Shown here: positions 12,970-23,330 of the stretch, piece after piece | Numbering within the stretch: position 1 is the first letter of the stretch | Layout: each line of letters starts with the position of its first letter | DNA from: Vicugna vicugna | Lineage: Eukaryota | Reading direction: 5' to 3' | NCBI GenBank assembly: GCA_013265495.1 | Contig: MU058919.1 | Span: 1,488,001 to 1,552,000 of the forward strand | Length of the DNA stretch: 64,000 nt | Notes under the pieces: model-generated | The model's database searches: none | Told to the model about the DNA's origin: nothing | What the model saw: the letters and a program-made list of their open reading frames with translations, nothing else | Made by a program: the position numbers and the translations under genes

Positions 12970-13300
12970 TAACAGCCTTACTTTGCAGATGGGCACACTG
13001 AGGCCAAGAGAGGGCATGAGACTTGCCCCAAATCACCCTGCTGGCCGATGTGCAACCAGACCTCTTGACTTCTGGGCCATGCTCAAGAGAACATTTGATC
13101 CTCAGGCAGGATAGTGGCTTAGAAAAGGCTGGACAAGCCTGGGCTGGAATCCCAGCTCAGGTGTGTCCTCTGGAGGCCCTTGGCAAATCACGAAACTTCT
13201 GAGCCTCAGTTTCTCAATTGTACAACAAGGTTAAATAGAGCCCCAGTCACAGAATTGTCTGAAGGGTTAACTGTGTTGAGAGCACCTAGAAGGCCCAAGG
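12970..13300. mobile_element. Two MIR fragments (minus ~12970-13075; plus ~13140-13300)
   Basis: MIR core motifs tttgcagatgggcacactgaggccaagagagg and gagcctcagtttctcaattgtacaa. Confidence 0.7.
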
Positions 13301-13469
13301 AGGTGCTTGGCAAACCTGAGCTCCCCCTCCGCCCCCACCCACCCCGCCATGCTCAGGATCACATTGTCTGCCCGCGGCTGTCTGTGCACAGCACTCGACA
13401 GCCACGGGGTCGGAGGGCTCGGCTTTGGGAACAGAATCTGTAGATGGTCATACCCAGCTGTCCTTTTTA

Positions 13470-14230
13470 CCCAAAACTTGCTTTCAGGTGCAAAAGGACA
13501 TACCAGCAACATGAAAGGTGAAATCTCTGGGAATAAAAACGTAAGAATTGGCAAAAGTGACAGGAAGAAAACCTTACAAAACACAATAGAACAGACAGAA
13601 AGACACCTTGTGTCGTGGACGGGAAGACTCGACCTCAAAAAGGTGTGAATTCTCCCCAAGCTAATTTGTAAGTCTAACACGATCCCAAACTGCAGTGTCA
13701 ACAGCCACCCCCTCCATCTTAAGACAAGCTGATTCTCAAGTTTTTAATGGAAAAATAAACAGCTGGGATGACTCAGGAAGCCTCTGTGAAGAACAGTTCA
13801 GGGAGACCAGTCCTACCAGATGCTCAAACGTATTCTAGAACCTCGATCGTTACGAGTGTGTTACAATATGAGGACACGCGGAGACGCATGAAATAGAAAG
13901 CGATGTTCTGAAATAGCCCTAGGTCAGCATGTGATAAAGGTGGAATCTCAAAGCAGACAGAAAAAGATGGAATTTTCATTAGCTGGTATCAAAACAAATG
14001 GGTAGCTATATTAAAAAAGAAAAAAAACCAAGTTGGCTCTGTATTCATATCATATTCAGGATAAACTCCACATACACCAAAATACTGCAACATAAAACCA
14101 TAAAAACACTAGAAGGAAACACAGGAGAATTCCTCCGTAATCTTGGGACAGAAAGGCCTTTCTAAGAGGCAAAATTCAGAGCCAATAAAAGAAATAATAA
14201 ATCTGATAAAAATATATACATGTCAAAAAA
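13470..14230 (+). mobile_element. Old L1M ORF2 3' relic (5' part of a split element)
   Basis: gggaagactc...attctccccaagctaatt...gacaagctgattct...ataaaaacactagaaggaaacacaggagaa are typical of L1 ORF2. Confidence 0.8.
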
Positions 14231-14234
14231 TGCC

Positions 14235-14880
14235 AAAGGTGCTGGCAGGAATGTAAAATTGTGCAGTTGCTCTGGAAAACAGACTGGCAGTTTCTCAAAA
14301 TGTTGAACACAGTTATCACAGGAGCCAGCAATACCACACCTCGATAGGTATATGCCCAAGAGAAAGGAAACTCACACACCCACACAAAAACGTGCACATC
14401 AGTGAACTGTTCACAGCATCTAAAAAGTGGGGACAACCCCAATGTCCATCAGTTAGCAAATGGATAAATACAATGTGGTTTATCTGCACAAGGGAATATT
14501 CTGGGGCCATAAAAAGGGATGTAGTATTTACACATGCTACAACACCGACAAACCTTGAACAACTCATGCTGCTCAGTGCAAGAAGCCAGTCAACAACAGA
14601 CCCATGTACTGTTTGATTCCATTTGTACGAAATACCCACAACGGGCAGATCCAGAGGGACAGAAAGTAGATTAGTGGCTGCCTGAGGCTGAGGGTGGCTG
14701 AGGCTGGACGGTGACTGCCAGTGGATATGAGGTTCCTTTTGGGGGAGGATGAAAATATTCTAAAATTGACTGTGTTGATGATTACACAATTCTGCGAATA
14801 TACCAAAAACCACTAAAATTCTTCACTTCAAATGGGTGAACTGTGTAGCATATAAATGACACCTCAGTAAAGCTGTTAAA
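14235..14880 (+). mobile_element. L1MB-like 3' end nested in the older L1
   Basis: gctggcaggaatgtaaaa...aatgtccatcag...tgattccattt...agtggctgcc...gatgaaaatattctaaaattgactgtg...cacctcagtaaagctgtt. Confidence 0.85.
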
Positions 14881-15725
14881 GAATGCCCAAAGCAAAGGCA
14901 GAGAACAACTTGGAAATAAGCATCTGCGACTCACAGTACAGGCAAAAACTAATCTCTCTAACACACAATCAAGAGAGAGAGCAATAACTCGATTTTTTTA
15001 AAAGGGCAAATGAATACAGCAGAGGGCATATGAATGACCTTTAACTATAAAAAGAGAGGCTCAAATGATGAGAAAAATGCAAACTAAAATGACACAGAGA
15101 AACCATTTTTCATCTATCTGGTTGGCAAAAGCCACACGTGTGACCAGTGTCTGTTGAGGGGGTGGTGGGGAAACGGACCACCTCCAGCATCCGTCGGGGT
15201 GCGCAGCTCCTTCACGTCACCTGGGCAACGTCCTCTGAGATGACAAGTCTACACAACCTGCAGCCCAGCGACCCCAGGGGCAGGATGTGCCCACAGAGGA
15301 TACACCTGCACGCCTGAAGGGCTCACCAGCAACAAAGTACACAGCCAAGAAGCCGGTCCCCAGCTCGGGGGTCCGCCGGCCGGGGCCCGGGAAAGAAAGG
15401 GGGCCACATGCACAACAGAGCCTCCCACAGTGGAAAAAAGGTGGCGGCTGCTTGGCTCTGACATGGAAACACCTCCAGGGTCTGTTATTTAAGAAAGCAA
15501 GGGGCAGAAAGCTAGATATTAGCATGCTATCTCCTGTATAAGACAGGGAAACGAAACAAGAATGACAGTTTTGTTTGCTTATGCTCACATAAAGGAATTC
15601 TAGAAAGATCACAAGAAACAAATAAGCAGTTAACCTGAGGGCATGGGGACGGGAGCGGTGGGGACGGGACCTATCCCTGTATACTGTTTTAATTTCTGAA
15701 CATGTGGATGTCCTATCAAAAAAAA
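14881..15725 (+). mobile_element. Continuation and 3' end of the older L1ME-like element
   Basis: aaaaatgcaaactaaaatgacacagagaaaccatttt...ttggcaaaa, ending in tgtcctatcaaaaaaaaa. Confidence 0.7.
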
Positions 15726-18104
15726 ATGTGTGTGTTTATTTTAAGAGGAAGGGACACTAAGGAATGAAGAAAGGGATGACTCACAGGCCAAAAAATCTTA
15801 TTCAAATGGTCACTCATATTTTCAAAAAAAAGAAGCCTCTGCATCCATCTCCGTATTAAATCATTTTAATGTTTCTCCACCAAAGTTTTTGACTTTCCTT
15901 CTTCTCTATTGGCAGGAACAAGGCTTATGCATTAAAAAAAAAAAGGCACTTTGCAAAACTGTGCAGATCAAAAAAACAAAAACAAAAATCCTGCTGGGTT
16001 CCCGCACTTAATAATCAAATTGTGTCTGAGTTTCACACAAGCGCAAGACGTGAAAACACTGGGAAGGGCCAACCTTGACCGGCAAATGGGCCGCACGCGT
16101 GCAGGGCATCTGCACGGGGCGGTCGCCTCGTGGGCTTCTGCGGGGCTGGTAGGGGCTCTTGCAGACACAGGAAGGAGGGCACCCCTGGAAACCAGCTCCC
16201 TGGGCGGAGGCTGGCCTGGCGGGGGCTGGCCCGCGGTGGGCAAGAAGGGGGCAACCTGTTTGTCAGAAATGGTCCCGGGGAACGGCCCCCTGGTGTCTGC
16301 AAGACACGGTGCCGAGGGAGAGTAACGACACATGCTAAGGACAGACATTCGGGCCAGGTGTCTGCAATTCTGGTGCGTGTGAACATGGAGCCCCCGTTTC
16401 CACCTGTCATCGTATTTCTACACCTGGCGAATAGATGAGAAGCAGAGATTAAGTTCAAAGTGTCAGATTCAGCTGGATTTCCTTTCTATTTGGTGGGGGG
16501 GAGGGGGGTCGCTTCTCTCCTCCTCCACAATAAAATATAAATCATAAAGAAAGGCAGGCAAACATTGCGGAAACACAACTGACTGATTTATCTGCTCCAA
16601 CAGGCCTCAGCGATGAAAACTCCAGAAGCAAAGTCTCCACGTCCCTTACACACTACTGCCCCTTTCCGTTGACAAAGTGCTCCCCTCCTGCTGGAAAGGA
16701 CCGCCGGGTGCCCTGGCCTCACTCCCGCCCTCTCTGGTTTGATTCCACTCCTTCCAAGCTCTACTCCTCCGGGCCCCTGCCCCTGACTTCAGGGAGGACA
16801 CTGCCCGAGCAGGGCCCAGAGGCCGCCTGCACAGCTGGGGTCCGTCCCACACCAGGCTCCTTCTGGTGTCCATACCGACGTCAGTGAGGAGTGGACTTCA
16901 CAGCAGTGGCCACTTAGCACGGATTCCCAGCTAACCAGCCCCTCCAGAGGGCTAGGAGAGGAAAAGAAACGCATGTTCCGTGTCTGCTGCTCAGAACCTC
17001 GGCCATCTCCCAAGACCAAATACTGGAAAATCCAAATAAAACTTGCCACAATCAGACTGAACTCCAGGCAAACCCAAGGCCAAGAGAGCCTATGCCAACC
17101 ATCTTAGGACAATCCCAGCAGCCCTCAACTCCTGGAAGCCAGTTCCCTGGCCAGTCCCAGACAGCGCCCACTCACCTCACGCTCGGCGCCCGGGGACGTA
17201 GCCAGACTGGAAGGGCAGGCTAGAGGCCCCAAGGGAGGGGACCTCTCCCCACCGACTGGACCACGTACAAGCCACCCTGATCTGCCCAGGTCCCCGAGAG
17301 GGACACGGCAGGGCCACTGGGAAAAGGCCCCAATAGGGCCAGTACAAAATATCTGGCTGCACTCACTTCTGTGGCATCGGGGCTGGGAAGGCATTCTCCT
17401 GCCAAATCCAGAGCGGCTTCTCATTGGCTGCAAAGCCAGGCATGCCACAAACCACAAGCCCCACTCCCTTGCTCTGTGACTTGGTCCAAGTTCAGGGGTC
17501 CATGGGCAATGACTCCCTTAGGGAGGCACTGGGCTCACGTGGGAGAGACAGCCCTGCCTGGAGCATTAAAACCAAGTCTAGGTGCAGCTCCGGGGCTTAG
17601 GCAGATCCTGCTCCCTTTGAGGCCTCCCTCTGTCCTCTGTTCTGAGACAGGGTGGTCCCCAAGGACCTTGCAGTAGGTGGGAGACAACAGGCAAGCCCCA
17701 AGGACAGTATGGTGTCCAGGATGCCCCAGACGGAGTGTGGGCCCCTGGCTCTGGGCTCCAGTCTGCCAAGCACCAGGCATGTCCTGGGAAAGTCCTGGAC
17801 CCATGTAACAACGAGAGTTGTTGGTCCTGCATGAGGCTGCCCCGTCTTGTCTGCACACCCCACCCCACCCACTCAGGCTCCCCGGGTGCACGAAGTTCTC
17901 CTGGAGATGCTCTCCCTCGGCCAGGATCACCCCCTCAATAAACTCTCTCTCCCGTCACAGCCCTGCCCTGCCCCACACCCGTGCGCTAACAGGCAGCATT
18001 CTGGGGGTCTCGGCCAGGGAACAAGTCTGCCCGGGGCATTTCCCTGATGCCTGGAGGCACGGGGTCGGGTGGCTGAATGAAGAGTTGAACGTGATGACCC
18101 ATTT

Positions 18105-18250
18105 GAGGTGGAATCCTGCCTCTGCCACTACGGCTGGTGTTCCCCTGGGCTCCCTATGCAACCTGTCTCTCCTTCCTCATCTGTAAAATGGAGAAATAAA
18201 ACTACCCCTGCGGGGCTGTAACGGGACTGAAATGAGATCATGAAAAGGGC
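18105..18250 (+). mobile_element. MIR
   Basis: gaatcctgcctctgccact...ttcctcatctgtaaaatggag. Confidence 0.8.
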
Positions 18251-21200
18251 CTGGCTCAGCGGGATTTCCACACCACTTTGGTATCCAGCTGCACCAAGAT
18301 GGAGAGAGAGAGCTGGCGTTGCCACACGCAGCTCCGGGCAGAAGCAGCAGTGGAGAGCCATTTACCCCACTGCTGTCCCACCGGGAAGCTGTCCGTGAGA
18401 GCAGAAGTCCCAGGCGTGCGCTGGCCCGCACTGGACACTGAGTCCTTCAGGGGCGAGGAGAGGCAGCAGCCCAGCTGGGCTCGGCCAGCATGTCCCTGCG
18501 TGCCCGGGCAGGGCCGGTGGCCACGGACATGCCCGCTGGCGGCGGGTGCGGCAGGACATTCCTGGGCACATTCCGCCTCTGTGGGCTCCGTGGTCCCTCC
18601 CGCAGAGCCAGAGCTGAGTGCTAGGGACGCTGTGGGGGGCCCTGGTGCTTCTAAGCCCCGGAGGCTCCTGCAGAGACTGCCTCTCCTGAGGGCTTTATCC
18701 CACCTAGCTGGAGGGTGGGGTGGGGGGACGCACCCTGGACTCTTGCCCACCCGGCACCTTTCCTGGAGTGGCCTGCCCTCTTAGCCATGTCATTCATGTC
18801 TCTCCAACCTAATCCCCCAGTGGCAGAGCAGGGCCTGCGTCTCAGGGTGCCTGGGTAGCTGGGTGGGAGCCTAGCAGAGGGCCAGGAGCCCTGGTTTGGA
18901 GTCCCAGTTCTGCCCAGTGTCCCACGGGTGACCTGAGGTCTCACACCCTCTCAGAGCCTGGTTCTTCCAAGCTGCAGTAAGGGACCACAGGGGACACCTG
19001 TGGGAACCAGAGGGTGCAGAAATCTAGGCGTCTGTGTGGTGCTCACAGGACTTCTCTAGACGCTTATGGCCCAGCCCAACTCCTCAGTCTCTGCTGCCCA
19101 GGGCCACCCTGGCAGGGAACCCCCAGTGCAGGGGCTCCTGGGTCGCAGGGGTGAGGGGCCCAGCATTTCCCACCAGGACCAGGCCAAACCCACCCCAGCA
19201 GGAGGTCCAGATTCCAGGCCAAGAGCAGGCACCTAGGAGACATTTTTGTAAAGACACTGGAGAGAGAGGCCAAGGAGACTGCAAAGGCACGTCCTGAGCA
19301 GCACAGTGTGGTCTGGAACACGGTCTTTGCTACCAAACAGACACAGGAGCACAGTGTCTGCTGCTCTGAGCAATTCTGGACAAGTCATCTCTGCTCGGAG
19401 CCATGAGGGAACCGGGATGCTGACCTCATGAGGGAGCATGTGGAAGGCCCAGCTCGCGGCCTCAGTGCCGACAGCATGCGCTTGCCTCTTGGAGGCCTGA
19501 CTGCAGGCTCCGGAAGGGTTGGCCGGGGTGGGTCCCTGTTTCTTTGACTTTTCCAGGGACACACCTCAGCATAACTGTGAATTTCCTGATAGGCTTATTT
19601 TTTCCTTTTCTATTTTCTCCCTTTTGTTCATTACCATAGAAATGCTTGGCAGGATTTGCAAACACAGCACCCACATCTCGAGGCACCAGAAGCCCCTGAA
19701 GCCCAAGTCAATACACTTGAGGTGGGTGCCCAGGACCAGCGCTCAGTGAGTCCCTCACCTGCGTTATCTCACCATCTAATCCCAAGAGGCAGGCCCTGCC
19801 AGCATCTCCACGGACACGCAGAGACTGAGGTCCCACGCACGGCGGCGGTGGTGGGCCAGGCTCCACCTAGGCTGTCTGCACCGGCACGCGTCAGTCATGC
19901 CGCACCTCACTGCTGCCAGGAACCCCCGAGCCCGGGGTGGAGATCCGACCTGGTTTCTACCCCTCAAGTGCCCCCAGCTACAATGGCCCAAGGCCCTTGT
20001 GACAACCAGGGCTCCAAGATGGCCCCGAGGAATGTGTAGGGGGTTGGGCGGCCCTAAATCACTCTCAAATCCAGACGTTTCTTCATGTAAAGAAAACCGA
20101 CCCACAAGGCTGAGCTACTGTACATTCCACCCGTCTCACCCCCTGGAATCCTGCCTTGTTCCAGGAACAGAGTCAGGGCACTTCGAGGGGTATGTTCTCA
20201 TGTCCCAGCAGCCGTGAGGCTCTGATAATACAAGAACTGATGTACACTAAGCATTTTCCCGGAGCTTCCCGGGCCGTCCCACTGGACCCTCACAACGCCC
20301 CCTAAGTGGGGCCGGGGGGCACTGTCGTCACTGGAGGCTCAGGAACTAGCCAAGGCCACACAAGGGGCAAGTGGGGAGGCTCTGGACCCTGGCAGTCTGA
20401 CCCCGGGACCCAGTGCCCGAGTGCAGGAAGGAGAGAAAGCGGGAAAGGACGGAGGCCTCCCCAGTGCAGAACGCCAGCAGGGCAACAGCCCGGCAAGAAG
20501 CCAGAGGGAGGGTGTGCCTAGGCTGACCCCACGTGGGGCCAGGCCCCCAGCCAGATGGGAGAAAGGGGCAAAGGCCATGAGTATATTACTTTTCCCTGGA
20601 GTCACCCCTGGGTGATGAATGATGTGTCAGGAGAAATGCTGAAAGCTCTGAGGAGACAAACCAACGAGACAGAACGAGAAAAACCAGCCAGTACCCGGTG
20701 ACAATGCCTTGGTGCACACAGAATTCCCAGCATCTTCTCGAGGGTCTCAGCTTGGCCCTCGCTCCCTTCTTCCTCTTAAATGTAAATTCGTGCATGTGTG
20801 TGTGCATGCACACCACACACACAGATGCACACAGCTCCGCCACCCGGCAATCACTTCAAGATGCTGCAGTTCCTACAGTGACTGATGATCATGCAGTTTG
20901 ACTCTGACCCCTCAGCGTTGTCGTGGTCCAGACGGGGGAGGTGAGCTGTGACGGAGCAGAGGTGGCAGAGGAGGTGTCCACCGCCAGGAAACCAGCTTCC
21001 GGGCCTGGGGCCCAAGCCTTTGGCTTCAGACCGTCACTGACTGACCCCAAGTTAGGAAATGAGCCTACTTCTCTCTTGCGAAAATGTCCGATGATTTGGA
21101 AAAAGCACAGAACACACGGGCAAGTCCCTCACTTTCCATCTCCAAGTGGCTACTGTAATAAGGAGCTGCCAGACACTGCTGTGGCTGAAGCCCTGGTTCA

Positions 21201-21459
21201 CCCAGAGCCCCAGGAGCCTTGGGAGATAAGGTTCTAAAATCCCTAGGGGAGCCACCATCATGGCCTTAGGAGAGAAGCAGACCTGGGGCCAGTCCACCCC
21301 CAAGAGACTGGGTCCCTGCCCCCTGGGCCCCAGGAAGAGGGCCCCTTCTCCGCCCTCTGTCTGCCAAGCAGACAGGCGGGTCTTATTCAGACCAGAGCTG
21401 ACACCACATTCCCCTGACCTGGCTGCCTACCATGTGCACGCACCTTGCTCACTCCTCCA

Positions 21460-21570
21460 GAACCCCATGAGGCAAGTGCCAGTGCTCGTACTTTACAGAT
21501 AAGGAAACCGAGGCCTCGGGAGGCTGAGGCGCCTGCCAAGGTCACCAAGTGAGAGCGGGAGCCTCAGGCC
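21460..21570 (-). mobile_element. MIR
   Basis: tttacagataaggaaaccgaggc...ccaaggtcac. Confidence 0.8.
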
Positions 21571-21628
21571 ATTCTCCATCTGAACAAAATGGCTCAGGCA
21601 TGCAAACGTGCGTGCAACGTGTCTGCCT

Positions 21629-21631
21629 GCG

Positions 21632-21666
<35 letters not shown>
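21629..21666 (+). repeat. (GC)6(AC)13 compound microsatellite
   Basis: Read directly from the sequence. Confidence 0.97.
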
Positions 21667-22379
21667 CCCACCCTGGAAACCTGGAGGGAAAATGAGCCAT
21701 GGGGCCCTACTGGCAGGTCACTACAACTGCAGCCAGGGGTTGTGCTGGGTGGGCTCGGGACACAGAGCGTCATTCTTCTCTCCCTCCGAGGACACTGACC
21801 CTGCCTAGGCTCAGCAGCAATCTGCCGTGCAAGCAGGTCAGGGAATCTTTCTTTTTTTAGGTCAGGGGATCTTAACGAGGCTGGGACTCCAGACAAGAGG
21901 GGATGAAAGCTGGAGCCACGCATGTGGACAAATCGGCAGTGACAGGTACCCCTCTCATGCCAACGCCTCTCCTGGCTGTTGTGGCCAAAGCAGGTTAGCT
22001 TCAAGGGTGGGTGGAGGGGCAGGGTGATTCTGCTGCGACAGAAGGGCTGCCCGGCATAGCCCAGACGGTCCCAGATGCCACCCTCTCAAGGCTGGCACGT
22101 CCTCTCTGCAGGAGAACTGGCCTGGTGTGGGGCCCCACCCTGGCAGACCAACAGACGAGCGCTCAGGCAGGCTTGCAGGTGTCCCCCTCAGCATGACCCC
22201 AGCCCCCTGATGCACTGTGGTCGCAAAGTCCCTGAGGGAACAAGGACCCTGAAGTCCACTGGGTCAGTACTGCCACAAACACACACAATGTACACTCACA
22301 GAAACGTGGGACAAGGGTGGCCTTCTCTCTCTTTTGCACTTTAAATTAGTTCTCGCCGCACAACTAAATATGAGCCAAG

Positions 22380-23330
22380 AATTTCCCCCCAAATTACTCC
22401 AGCAGGGTGGGGAGATCCAGAATAAACCCCTTTAAATTACAGCATAAAGCTCTCGGCTGAACTGCCTTTCTACTCCGTTTTCCCTCACGTTGCCTCCCTC
22501 TTTAATCTCTGCCATTGTCCCCTCTAAGTGAGACCTCATAGTGTTTCCATGAAAGCAAGAAAAATTGACATTCCTGAAGGTATTGTGGGACCTGTCGAGG
22601 CGGAATCGCTCACATATGCCTTTTTTCTCACTATTAGCTTGAGATGATCTTAGAGAAAGAAAAAGAGAGAGAAAGACACACACAAAACACAAACAAAAAA
22701 GTCCCTTCCTCGATGGCCGAGGAGAAAGAAAGCCACTCTCTGTCTCTCGAGAGAAAACATCAATGGTCGGAGCGCTCAGGTTAACGGAGAAGCACAGAAC
22801 CGAGCACCCCACTCACCCAGGAAAACAAGGGAGCAACTTCCAATTGATTGGGGGAAAAAAATTAATTGCAGCTTTAGAAACATCCTTTCTCTCCAGCAGG
22901 ACCCTGGGGCCACGGGAGGCCTGGCGCTTTGCAGGGCTCCGGGCGGTTATCACCATTCACCGCTTGCAGGTGGCTGATCAATTTCCCAGGGTTTATCAGC
23001 GTGGCGATCGCGCCGCGCTCTTTCAGCGAGGGCTGCAGGAATCCATACAGGGCCACTTAAATCAGTCTGAAGCTGTGAAAGGCTCCATCACTCGAAGTCC
23101 GCGCCTGGCCGCCCAAACAGAGCCCCGGGAGGGCTGGCGGGCGGGCGCAGGGCCGGGAGGATGGTGCCAATTAAAAACCCAAGCTGATGGGCCTTTCTCT
23201 CCCTCGTTTTTTATTCCTACAGCTACATTGTGTCCACTGGCAGCAGATTCCAAAAGCAGGGCCGCTGCATTCACCTCCCAGGGCTTTAGAGCTGCCATTC
23301 CCAAACTAGGCTAATTAAAAAGCCTGGTCC
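22380..23330. promoter_or_regulatory. Candidate conserved non-coding element/enhancer with a small CpG-rich core
   Basis: Repeat-free, with many TAAT/ATTA, TGAT, GATA and NK motifs, and a CpG cluster at ~22905-23160. Confidence 0.55.

Noticed and set aside
14176-14806. ORFs within the L1MB fragment
   Set aside because: Short degraded frames of a dead retroelement; no intact ORF2.
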